A DNA stretch of 64,000 nt from Actinomycetota bacterium. GTDB taxonomy: Bacteria; Actinomycetota; Actinomycetes; Mycobacteriales; Pseudonocardiaceae. Location: the NCBI GenBank assembly GCA_021324675.1, contig JAJPIR010000146.1, positions 6,298 to 70,297 of the forward strand, read 5' to 3'. Both the position numbers and the translations under genes were made by a program. The notes beneath the pieces are model-generated. The model saw only the letters and a program-made list of their open reading frames with translations. It was not told the DNA's origin and did no database searches. Below, in pieces: positions 8,301 to 16,878 of the stretch; positions within the stretch are counted from its first letter, which is position 1; the number at the start of each line of letters is the position of its first letter.

Positions 8301-8650
8301 ACTACGCCGTCGCCGAGGTACTGGGCGATGTAGCCGTCGTGGGCAATAATCGCGTCCCCACAAACTTTCTGGTAAGCGGCGATCAGCTCGCCCAGGTCTT
8401 CGGGGTCGAGCAGTTGGGACAGCACCGTTGACCCCACTATGTCGCAGAAGAGCACGGTGAGTTGACGCCGCTCGCCCCCGGTGTCCTCGGCCCGAACCTT
8501 CCGCAGCTGGGCGCCACACCCGCCACAAAATTTTGACTCCGTCGAGTTCTCAAAACCGCATATCGGACAAATCGGACCTAGCGGGTGGTTGCAGTTACCG
8601 CAGAAGCGGAGCGAGGCGACGTTCTCCTTCCCGCAGCGGATGCAGATCAC
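5363..8650 (-). CDS. Multidomain signalling protein: double zinc ribbon, class III adenylate/guanylate cyclase, AAA/STAND ATPase and TPR-like repeats (1095 aa)
   Basis: N-terminal CxxC pairs (CIRCG..CGNC..CPICG..CGGCG). Cyclase motifs FCDIVGST, YLGDGVVAYFG, RLGAHTGRV and ALGDTPNIAARIQ. Walker A GDPGMGKS, Walker B LLLVDDLHW, then a long helical repeat region. No C-terminal LuxR HTH is visible. GTG start at 8650. Confidence 0.85.
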   Translation of the reverse strand: MICIRCGKENVASLRFCGNCNHPLGPICPICGFENSTESKFCGGCGAQLRKVRAEDTGGERRQLTVLFCDIVGSTVLSQLLDPEDLGELIAAYQKVCGDAIIAHDGYIAQYLGDGVVAYFGYPRSHEDEAQRAVRCGLDILEGIKALRDSGRLPPGSAFHVRLGAHTGRVVIASVGSAGRKDRLALGDTPNIAARIQSKAEPGTFLVSEATWKIVEGYFTGKCLGGWRLRGVSAPMRLWLVRGENPSRERVEVVSLLTTFVGRERERSVLEQAWEDSRAGHSRFVLLRGDPGMGKSRLARQFCEEVQFQACDLVTMRSTPYDSNSPFHPAIELIELKFGLASLENPADRLDRVEQGLAGLGLAEVETIVLLASLLSIPLGNRYSPLELSPARRRTRTLQLLVELISAFARPGPVLLLVDDLHWTDTSTLEFLELLLRTAADVPLLGILTARYEFAGWDTLPALTTLDLSSLQRAEVEAMVRSVALGKALPNEVVQQILIRSEGVPLFVEELTRSILDSGMLSEKAVSWEAVGPVAIEIPASMDASLSSRIDRLGASRATTQLAATIGREFSFQLLREVSDRDEATIRQDLERLVHAGLAWSAGDEAGTFIFKHALIRDAAYNSLLRSTRQRYHSRIAAALRERFATLASTRPDLVAGHLTAAGEDEDAVAFWEAAGQQALTRTAAHEAAKHFQQAIDCLGRLPATHQRQERELALQILLAPLLMAVYGWGAVEVERTCARALRLAQELGRQDLSFAPRWGLWTNRFLRGELDSALEAAESVFQMARTSGVRMLEMLGQHALAYTLVYRGEFSRSLDEADAGLALFDWEQEKELATSFGLSSQVALLASKAHCLWMLGRVVEADEHYDRMLQVGRELEHPPSLASALAFTLHSAFRYSYTGELDRLAGITDELMALVKEVDFFFWYVVTYTYQGLIAEAVGDTERARIQMLEGLELFAQTGSRLSLVMMNVLCAEAFYRLGDDDEAFRRLATAETEMARREGLLAPDIWRVRGRLLARQGERSLAEAAYHQAIQRARTQRALSLELRAGLDFYELCTQDGRAGEGRTLLEGVLSRFTQGFDRPELARARAILRAPL

Positions 8651-8814
8651 GGCTTATCTCGGTTCTGCGCGTTCGGCTCTGAGACACCTTGGGCTTGCGA
8701 TGCGCGACCTCGGTGCTGGCTCTTTACCCAGGAGCCTAATTCTTCCTCGAGGATTGCTAGGGCGAGCTCCACTATGTTGTTATCACGGTCATGGTCTGCC
8801 GATGGTGGAGCCAC
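8647..8814 (-). CDS. Small ORF (55 aa) translationally coupled to the cyclase gene
   Basis: AGGAGG (8825..8820) sits 5 nt upstream of the GTG at 8814. The reading frame is VAPPSADHDRDNNIVELALAILEEELGSWVKSQHRGRASQAQGVSEPNAQNRDKP. Its TGA (8649..8647) overlaps the cyclase GTG (8650..8648) as GTGA. It is not in the supplied track, whose shortest entries are 60 aa. No homology recognised. Confidence 0.4.
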   Translation of the reverse strand: MAPPSADHDRDNNIVELALAILEEELGSWVKSQHRGRASQAQGVSEPNAQNRDKP

Positions 8815-9888
8815 TATAACCTCCTAACAACTCCCGCCTTACCGGCGGGCTTGTCGGCTTTATAGCTTTTGAGAGTGCTGGTGTCGAGAGGTTCCGTTGC
8901 AATTAAGGCGAAGGGAGCCTCCTGGTGTAGTCAAGTGCGGCGGCAAACACCTCCTCCACTTCGGAAAGTAACAAATCGGGCATCTAAATGGGTTATCCGT
9001 AGGCGTCAAACACGTCGAGCGCCGCGGAGCGTAACCTTTATTGACAGGTCAATCAGCGTTCGAATCGGGTGGTCGTGTCCAGATCCTGTGCGTTCATCCC
9101 CCAGTACTGTGCGAATAGGTACCTGCCGGCCACGCTCCGACAAGCTTGGAATGATCAGCTCGGCTTGTCTGGGAATCGCCCGACGAGCTTACCGTCTGCT
9201 GCCACCGTGTGAGGGGAACCCGCGGTGGCTCGATGACGTCCCGTCCGTCGTTTAAGTCCGGTATGCCCGGGAAAACCATTGCCGACGTCTCACCTTTCTT
9301 AGCAGGTCGCTGGCGGCTATCGCCTGCTTCACCGACAATCTCGCACCGTTGCTGGCCATCCACTGGATGCCGGTGTGCCCTGTATCCCACCGGGTAGCCA
9401 AGCGTAGCTTCGTAAGGACATCGCGGCACCAACGGCATTCCCAGTTCGCCGCGGAAAAGCTGCACTCTAGGCGATGTTCGCCACCAGATCCGACCGCCAA
9501 CCGCTGGTGCCTGCGTGGACACCGCGCTGAACGTGACTGATTTTCATGCTGCCAGCCACAAACCCGACGGTCCACTCGCTTCCCACCACAGCGATCAGCG
9601 CAAGGTTACAAAAATAAAGTACACAGCTACGTGATCAGGACTATGCCGATTTACGGGACATACGGGATTGACGGCTTGGAGGCCGGCAGCAGCGCTTGGG
9701 TAGATCGCCAGGTTGATGCCCTCAAGTGCGTGAGTGCAAGTTTGATCGGCTGATTGTGGCTCCAGTGATCAGGCATGATGACTCAAATTGACACTGCTCT
9801 CATGGCTGCCAGGCTCTACTTTGGATCAGCTCGCAGCGTGTCGCTATCGGGCGCACATCTTCCCGGCCGCTGAGGCGGAGGTGGTGGC

Positions 9889-10152
9889 ATGAACGTTGTC
9901 GACATATTGCGAGCAGCTGCCTGGGCGCTCAGCGCGCGCCCTGATCTTGCACGTGCGGCTGCCCTGGCTGGCTTGTTGCAAAACCGCGCAGATGACATGG
10001 AACGCAACATCGTCGTTTGGGAACGCGCAGGGCAAGACATCCCTGTTCTTGTGGAAAGGCACTACGGCGTATATCTGGCTGTTGCCAGAACTGTCCTTTA
10101 CGATCCGAGTCGCGATCGGCGCCGTACTGCATCATTTTCACGAACGAGCTGA
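9889..10152 (+). CDS. Hypothetical small protein (87 aa)
   Basis: ATG preceded by GGAGGTGGTGGC (good SD spacing). No recognisable motif. Lies in a gene-poor region. Confidence 0.3.
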   Translation: MNVVDILRAAAWALSARPDLARAAALAGLLQNRADDMERNIVVWERAGQDIPVLVERHYGVYLAVARTVLYDPSRDRRRTASFSRTS

Positions 10153-10683
10153 GATGCCGTACTGGTGCGGTCTGTCGACTACGGCTGTGAAGCAGCATGA
10201 CTTGCCCGAGTTTTGGCATGGCCAAGCGCTGGCTTCGTCGCAGGCAGTGTGCTCGGGGTGCTCAACAGATGCCCTGCCGATATTGCCGTGAGAATCCCTG
10301 CCGGCGGCTCCACGGCAAGCGCTATTGAGATCTATCGTGGCAAGTCACGGTGAAGGAGTCTGATCAGTGTTGATACCTGATAGTGGAAGCCAGCGTCGTT
10401 ACAGGCCTACTGTTGGTGCACCGGATGTCGGCCACGATCTCCAAACAAAATCAGTATTGGTGAACTGTGGTTGATCCCAGCTGATACCAGGCGGTAACCC
10501 TGATTGGTTTTGGCTTGATCAACTCACCGTCAGCAGCGCTACCTCGGTGCCCGGTGGCTAACGCGCGACTGTTCGTCTGCGATGAACCTATGGTCCGTCG
10601 AGGGGAGAACGGAGCTACGTCCTCGTGGAAGCGGTTGTTCCTCTCGGTCTGTCGCGTTCCTGGGCTAGGCGCCGGGTGTAGGA

Positions 10684-11598
10684 GTGTTCGTGGGCCTGGT
10701 GGGCTGGATGCAGGCGCGTCGCCGGTACCGGGAGATGGAACGTCGTCTGGCAACGCTAGATCGGCTTGACGGTAGGGATAGGGCCTCAAGGCGCATTGTT
10801 ACGCTGCGGCTGGGGCGTCGGTGGCCGCTTAGAGACCAGGTGATCATGGTCGTTGGTTGTCTGGTTACTGTCGCAGCGCTGGTCTTTCTCCCTGTCACGA
10901 ACCTTGGAAGGACCGATCCGGCAGTGCATCGCTACCCGGCGCTGCCATCGGACGCTGCGGCCACCCGGATCCTGCCTCCGGTGACCAACGCGCCCACCGG
11001 CGCACACGCTTTCATGATGACCACAGCCGATGGCAAGCCTGTGACTTATGATCCATGCCGGCCCATCCACTACGTTGTCAACCTGACAGGCATGCCGTCA
11101 GGTGGGCTGGAGCTGGTTCGCAGCGCCGTGGAAAAGGTCGGCGCTGCCAGCGGGCTTGCGTTCGTCGAAGACGGCGCCACGCTGGAGCCGCTGGTGAAGG
11201 TCCGGGCACCGCGGCAGCCACAGCGCTACGGGGACCGATGGGCGCCTGTGTTGATCGGCTGGGTGGACGCGGCGAAGTTTCCATTGGTCTCGGGGGATGT
11301 CGCGGGAGTCGGCGGGAGCAGCGTTGTCGCGCCGGAAGGGCCAGGATCCGAACGCTATATCTCTGGTCAGGTCGCGCTCAACCGGGACTGGTTCACCGCG
11401 GCTGTCGCCCGGACCGGGGGCGACGTGAACGCTCGTGCAGTGGTCATGCACGAACTTGGTCACCTGGTGGGGCTTGCTCACGTTCGCGATCCGGGCGAGC
11501 TGATGGCCGAATCGAACTCGGGGCTAACGGACTTAGGCCCGGGCGACCGGCAGGGCTTGGCAGCAGTCGGAGCAGGCCGTTGCCATACCGATACCTGA
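10684..11598 (+). CDS. Membrane-anchored zinc metalloprotease, metzincin/matrixin-like
   Basis: The motif VVMHELGHLVGLAHV matches HExxHxxGxxH. There is an N-terminal hydrophobic segment (VIMVVGCLVTVAALVFLPV). The real start may be the GTG at 10690, which has AGGAG 6 nt upstream. Confidence 0.7.
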   Translation: MFVGLVGWMQARRRYREMERRLATLDRLDGRDRASRRIVTLRLGRRWPLRDQVIMVVGCLVTVAALVFLPVTNLGRTDPAVHRYPALPSDAAATRILPPVTNAPTGAHAFMMTTADGKPVTYDPCRPIHYVVNLTGMPSGGLELVRSAVEKVGAASGLAFVEDGATLEPLVKVRAPRQPQRYGDRWAPVLIGWVDAAKFPLVSGDVAGVGGSSVVAPEGPGSERYISGQVALNRDWFTAAVARTGGDVNARAVVMHELGHLVGLAHVRDPGELMAESNSGLTDLGPGDRQGLAAVGAGRCHTDT

Positions 11599-12339
11599 TG
11601 AGCACCCCGCTGCGTCCAACCTGGCTCCGTCGAGCCTCGATCACCACTCAGCTGCCGGTCGGCACCCACTCGCTGACCGTAACGTTCGTCCCCGACGCCT
11701 CGACCGCGTTCGCCAGCTCGGTCTCGGTCGCCGTGTCCTTTCTGCTGGATTGTCTCAAACTCAGATTCGGCACCGCGCCCGCAGAAATCGGCGCCCTGCT
11801 AACCTGAATCTCGCCGCTTCTCAGCGACGCGGAGATCGCCACAGGCTGCTAGCCCTCGGAGCGCGGACGACGGAATCGAATCCGCATTGCCAGTTTGGAA
11901 AATCGGGAATGGATCCAGCTCTAGCCGGATTACCGTGACCAGTATTGGACCGGCACTTCGTGTCTCGGTGTGGGATTACCGTCCCACGCCGGTACCGCGA
12001 CCCTGACCTATCGATATCGACACCATTGGGCGGCCGCGGGTTGCATCTAGTGACCCTGGTGGCCAATGCTGGGGTATTGATGAGCAACCAGACGGTAAGA
12101 ACGACCTCGGCCAATCTGATCGATCGCAAGCAGGGGCCAGGAACGGGTCGGTGACTAACGCAGTAGACCCGTCCAGCGAACTCGCCGACTGATGAGTGTG
12201 GCGCCTAACTCCTCGACTCACCGCGGTGGATGACCGGCCTGCCGGGTACATAGCGGGGAGCCTAGCCCCAAGGCCCTTCCTCAGGCGGGGAGTTCCGTAA
12301 TCTGTGACGGGTTCTAATGGTCGTTGTGACGGGTTCGCG

Positions 12340-13634
12340 TTAGACGCGCTCGTCGAGTACCTGACGTGGTCGGGGCAGGCGGGAGGCGATGAGGTCGGCG
12401 GCTTTGGTATCGGCGCCGGCCAGGCACGCGGCGTAGACCTTGAGCGTGGTGGCGCCGCCGCCCGCGTGGCCGAGCCTGCCTGCCACGGTGCGCAGGTCGA
12501 CTCCACCAGCGAGGAGTTCGGTGGCGCTGTAGTGCCGCAGTGCGTGCAGGTGGGTGTCGATGCCGAGGCTGGCGGCCATCTTCGCGTATCGGTGGGTGAT
12601 GGCGTCGGGGTCGCAGTGACGGCGGTGGTCGGGTGCGTAGGAGAACATGAAGGCGTCGTCGTCGAGCGTGGTGCCGAGTTCGGCGCAGCGTTGTTCGGCG
12701 CGGGCCTTGTGCTGGCTCAGGATCGTGATGGTGTCCTGGTCGAGTTTGATCACCCGCATCTGGTGGGTCTTGGTGTCCTTGAGGATCGTCGTGCCGTTGC
12801 GCCGGACCAGGTTGCGGCGGATGGTCAGCAATCCGGAGATCAGATCGAGGTGCTGCCAGGCGAGCGCGACCAGCTCGCCGCGCCGGGCACCGGTGACGAA
12901 GGTCAGCCACACGAACGCGCCCAGTCCGCGTCCTGCTCCCACGCGGCGTTGGCGATCTTGGCTGCTTCCTCTGCCGAAGGTGGGTTGGGCTGTGGTGCCG
13001 GGATGCGTGGCCGCTGGGCGGCCTCCAGCGGGTTGGCGGTGATCCAGCCGCAGCGTTTGGCAGCGCTGAGCGCGCCGCTGAGCACCGCGTGGCACTGGCG
13101 GATGGATGAAACGGCAAGCGGCGTGCACACGTGTGCCGCGCATCGCTCGTCGCAGTTGTGCGGCCGAGGTGTGCGGTGCTCGACAAAGGTGCGACTGTGG
13201 CACCGACGTCGGCAGGCTCGCAGCTCCGCGTCGAGCTGCTCGAACGGGCGCGGAACCTGCCGACACTGCTGACCTAGGGGAGTGGTGCCGAGTGCCGGAC
13301 GGATAAAGCCGTTGATCAGCAGCCGGTAACTGTCACGGGTCGTCTCTTCAACCTGATGCCCGGACAACCACTCATCCAGCAGGTAGCCGAGGGTGACGTT
13401 CGTCCGTGCTGCGGTGTTGTCGCGCACCTGCTGGCGCAGCCGATCGCGGATCATGATCGCGGCGTGCTCTGTGTCGGCCGAACCGCTGAGCATGAGCTGC
13501 CGCCCGGTCACCGGGTCGAGCCCGGCAGAGATCCGGACTTGGTAGGTAGAGCCTTGCTGGCGGATGCCGGTCAGGTCCTTCGGACCCTGCTTCCTGCGTG
13601 CCGTAACGGCAGCGTACAGCGCCAGAATGGACAA
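12340..13634 (-). pseudogene. Tyrosine recombinase (phage-type integrase) disrupted by a frameshift
   Basis: The N-terminal part (ORF 12903..13634, SAM-like/core-binding region) and the catalytic C-terminal part (ORF 12340..13266: ARRGEL ... HALRHYSATELL ... RLGH) are in different frames. The frames switch near 12918..12930 (...EQDADW|GAFVWLTFVTGARRGEL) at a GGG run. The gene lies immediately 3' of tRNA-Lys. Confidence 0.8.
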
Positions 13635-13693
13635 TCCGATGGACAGAGATCAAGGTAATTGATCTCGTGAGGCTGATTTTGCTGGTGAGAGGG

Positions 13694-13769
<76 letters not shown>

Positions 13770-13931
13770 TGGTGTCGGCTACCCCGCGCGATGGCAGGGA
13801 CGCTATCACGGTGTCACCACGAGGTCGGAACCAGGCTACAAGCAACCAGCATGACCCCCGTGCGTCGCTACACATGGGCACAGACGCCACTAAGGCCTGC
13901 CGGTTCGGGGCAAGCAGGCTGAATTCTCTAG

Positions 13932-15194
13932 TTGATCACGGAAATGGATGGTCCTGTGCGGGTGAGCACGCCGTGTCCGGCGGCCGGGGATTGGAATGCA
14001 GGATTAGAGCGCCTCAGGCGTAGCGCCGTTATCACATTGTTGTTTATTGCGGGCTTCCTCAGCGCGCTGTCGGCCGGATGCACAGCGAGTCACTCGGATG
14101 CGCCAACCCCTGCCGCGCATCACGCCACCCCGGTCCTCCCCCCTCCGGTTGCGGTAATCAGCACCGATCCTCCGGATCGCGCGCCGGATATCTCACTCTT
14201 GAAGCCCGTCACCGTAACCGTTACTAAGGGCAAACTCACCCAGGTGTCATTGACCAACCCACAGGGCGCACCCGTAGCCGGTCAGATCGATCCTGGTGGC
14301 AAATCCTGGAAAGCCACCCAGCCGCTGGGCTACGGCAGGGTCTACACGATCAACGCCAACGCGGTTGGCGACGACAATCGGGCCGTCAGCAGCACCACCA
14401 CGTTCACCACCATCCAGCCGCGGACGCTGACGTTCCCGTCGATCAACCCGCTCAACGGCGAGACAGTCGGCGTGGGTCAACCTGTGTCGGTGTATTTTGA
14501 CGAGCCGATCGCGGATCGGCAAGCAGCGGAAAATACCATCAGCGTCACCACGAGCCCACCCGTGGAAGGTGCCTTTTACTGGTTCTCCAAACATGAGGTG
14601 CATTGGCGTCCGCAGCAATTCTGGGAGCCCGGTACCCAGGTGACCGTTGAAATACACGATTACGGCAAAGACCTGGGCAACGGGGTATACGGCCAGGAGG
14701 ACCGGATTTCCCATTTCACCGTTGGGGACGAGTTCATCGCTCATGCTGATGGAGCAACCCACCAGATGATTGTTGATATCAATGGTCAAATGGTGCGCAC
14801 GATGCCTATTTCCATGGGCCGCCCCAGCAGCCCTAGCACCAACGGCATACATGTGGTCACTGACCGGAACGCGACGAAGGTGATGGACTCCACCACCTTC
14901 GGCCTTGCCCTCGATGCCGGCGGGTACATCGCCAAGGTGCAGTGGGCAACCCGTATATCCAACGGTGGAGAGTTCGTGCATGCCGCGCCGTGGTCAGTCG
15001 CCCAGCAGGGTAACAGCAACGTCAGCCACGGGTGCATCAATCTGTCGCCAGAGAATGCAAAATGGTTTTTCGACCACGTGAAGAAGGGCGACGTCGTTAT
15101 CAATACCAACACTGGCGGTCCTGATCTCAAGCCATGGGATGGTTTCGGAGATTGGCAGGTGCCGTGGACACAGTGGGTCTCGGGCAATAAGTAG
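13932..15194 (+). CDS. ldtB: L,D-transpeptidase lipoprotein (LdtMt2/LppS-like)
   Basis: Strong collinear similarity to my recollection of M. tuberculosis LdtMt2, including VTTSPPVEGAFYWFSKHEVHWRPQQFW and the catalytic SHGCINLSPENAKWFFDHVKKGD. Lipobox-like LSAGC. The start could instead be the ATG at 13944. Confidence 0.9.
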   Translation: MITEMDGPVRVSTPCPAAGDWNAGLERLRRSAVITLLFIAGFLSALSAGCTASHSDAPTPAAHHATPVLPPPVAVISTDPPDRAPDISLLKPVTVTVTKGKLTQVSLTNPQGAPVAGQIDPGGKSWKATQPLGYGRVYTINANAVGDDNRAVSSTTTFTTIQPRTLTFPSINPLNGETVGVGQPVSVYFDEPIADRQAAENTISVTTSPPVEGAFYWFSKHEVHWRPQQFWEPGTQVTVEIHDYGKDLGNGVYGQEDRISHFTVGDEFIAHADGATHQMIVDINGQMVRTMPISMGRPSSPSTNGIHVVTDRNATKVMDSTTFGLALDAGGYIAKVQWATRISNGGEFVHAAPWSVAQQGNSNVSHGCINLSPENAKWFFDHVKKGDVVINTNTGGPDLKPWDGFGDWQVPWTQWVSGNK

Positions 15195-15208
15195 ACGGCG
15201 ACTTCACT

Positions 15209-15979
15209 TCATCGCGCGGCGGCGTGCTTGGCGATCAGTCGATTCGCCCGGTCGGCTTGCTCGATAATTGCCAGGTGCGCAGCATCGAGGACCTCCAGCT
15301 TTGCCCGGGAGATGGCCGCCGCAAGTGTCTTGGCGTGGGGTGTAACCGGCGTACCTCGATCCTGTGACCCGCCGATCACCAAGGTGGGCGCGGTGATCCG
15401 ACCGAGCAACCGGCGACCGTCCCAGCCGGCAATGGCCGAGCAACACTCGACATAGCCGTCGTCGGATGTCTTGGCGATCATTTGTACGCACTGCTCGACC
15501 ACCTGGGGATGCGCTGACGACCACTCTGGGGTGAACCACCCGGCGACTACTTCTGCAGCAATCCCATCCGTACCCAGCCAGCGAACTGACGCTGCTCGCT
15601 CAATAAACGGACCGGGGTCGTTGTAATGCGCAGTGGTGCTGCACAGCACCAGCGACGACAACCGCTCTGGGGCACGCGCGGCAAGCCATATGCCCACCAT
15701 CCCGCCCAGGGAGAGCCCACAAAACGCCGCCCGCTCGATACCGAGCCGATCTAGCAGGGCAAGCACGTCAAGGCCCAGGTCCTGGATCGCGAAGGACCCG
15801 TGCCGGACCGGAGATCGACCATGTCCGCGATGGTCATAGCGCAGCACCTGGAACTCAGTGGCCAGGGTCTCGACATGCGGCTGCCAGATCTCCAGCGTGC
15901 TACCCAACGGCCCGGCCAGCACCAGAACCGGCGAATCTGGTGATCCGGCTAGCTCGTAGTAGATCTCGACGCTGCTCAT
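15209..15979 (-). CDS. Alpha/beta-fold hydrolase (3-oxoadipate enol-lactonase-like)
   Basis: Nucleophile elbow GLSLGG, HRGHGRS motif and typical length. Start set at the ATG at 15979 (MSSVEIYYEL), because the longer track ORF runs into tRNA-His. Confidence 0.8.
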   Translation of the reverse strand: MSSVEIYYELAGSPDSPVLVLAGPLGSTLEIWQPHVETLATEFQVLRYDHRGHGRSPVRHGSFAIQDLGLDVLALLDRLGIERAAFCGLSLGGMVGIWLAARAPERLSSLVLCSTTAHYNDPGPFIERAASVRWLGTDGIAAEVVAGWFTPEWSSAHPQVVEQCVQMIAKTSDDGYVECCSAIAGWDGRRLLGRITAPTLVIGGSQDRGTPVTPHAKTLAAAISRAKLEVLDAAHLAIIEQADRANRLIAKHAAAR

Positions 15980-16099
15980 GCGCGGAACTCTAGTGCCAGA
16001 AAACCAAGACACCCGGACACTGGGGAAGTGACGTTGAAAAAACGTACTGCTGTACGGATCGCCAGGGCCATCCACTTGGCCGTGGACGGCATCTGACCT

Positions 16100-16176
16100 T
16101 GGGGTGAGTGACGGGACTCGAACCCGCGACATCCTGGACCACAACCAGGTGCTCTACCAGCTGAGCTACACCCACC
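16100..16176 (-). tRNA. hisT: tRNA-His (anticodon GUG) with extra 5' G(-1)
   Basis: Hand-folded: G-1 plus acceptor GTGGGTG/CACTCAC, D-arm GCTC/GAGC, anticodon stem CCTGG/CCAGG with loop TTGTGGT, T-arm GCGGG-TTCGAGT-CCCGT, encoded CCA. Confidence 0.9.
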
Positions 16177-16227
16177 ATGCGCCGGCCTCGCCAGCAGCGC
16201 TGACCATGGTAGCGGGTCGAGGGCAGG

Positions 16228-16878
16228 TTACCGATCGGGTATCGGTGTGCTGACCGCCCGGGCCGCAGCCTGCGCTTCCTCCGAGCTGGGCCCTGGAGTA
16301 GGCACGAACACGGTGCGCCGGTAGTAGGCCAGTTCGCGGATGGACTCTTTGATGTCCGCCAAGGCGCGGTGGGCCAGTCCCTTCGCCGGCTGTGCGTAAT
16401 AGACCCGCGGGTACCAGCGCCGGCATAGCTCTTTGATAGATGACACATCGACCATCCGGTAATGCAGATGCGCGTCGAGCTCAGTCATATCGCGGGCGAG
16501 GAATGCGCGGTCGGTGGCCACCGAGTTGCCGGCCAGGGGCGCCGATCGAGCATCGGGTACCCATGTGCGGACGTAGGCCAGCACCTGGCGCTCGGCCTCG
16601 GCAAGGCTCACCGTGGAGCGCCGCACTGCGTCGGTCAGGCCGGAGCGTGCATGCATCTCCCGCACCACCTCTGGCATCGAATCCAGCACAGCGTCATCGG
16701 CATGGATGACCGTGTCGATGCCCTCACCGAGCGTGCGCAGTTCCCCATCGGTGACTAACGCGGCGATCTCGATCAGCGCATCCTTACCGAGGTCTAGCCC
16801 CGTCATCTCACAATCAATCCATACCAGGCGGTCATTCACGTCCTTGAGCGTAGTGGGTACCTGGCACGACCACCTCAT
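16228..16878 (-). CDS. orn: Oligoribonuclease
   Basis: [43 protein letters not shown] and [18 protein letters not shown] match the DEDDh exonuclease Orn (Rv2511-like). The ATG overlaps the upstream stop (ATGA). Confidence 0.9.
   Translation of the reverse strand: MRWSCQVPTTLKDVNDRLVWIDCEMTGLDLGKDALIEIAALVTDGELRTLGEGIDTVIHADDAVLDSMPEVVREMHARSGLTDAVRRSTVSLAEAERQVLAYVRTWVPDARSAPLAGNSVATDRAFLARDMTELDAHLHYRMVDVSSIKELCRRWYPRVYYAQPAKGLAHRALADIKESIRELAYYRRTVFVPTPGPSSEEAQAAARAVSTPIPDR

Noticed and set aside
10360-10470. 35-codon ORF preceded by GAAGGAG (GTG near 10367)
   Set aside because: The SD-like sequence is present, but the frame is short and unremarkable and lies in a decaying region. Without conservation data there is not enough evidence.
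11855-11895. tRNA-like T-arm (ggattcgattcc on the minus strand) that might mark an att site or tRNA fragment
   Set aside because: The flanking bases do not form the 5-bp T-stem. The sequence does not match the 3' end of tRNA-Lys at 13694, and no acceptor or anticodon arms can be built.
1-13693. Direct repeat of the tRNA-Lys 3' end (attL/attR partner) that would delimit the island
   Set aside because: Scanning by eye for GGGACTCGAACCCC and neighbouring strings found no second copy in the window. The island boundary therefore remains undefined and is reported only as a hypothesis.
15980-16144. N-terminal extension of the alpha/beta hydrolase ORF
   Set aside because: It would run through tRNA-His (16100..16176). 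The hydrolase similarity starts at MSSVEIYYEL (ATG at 15979).
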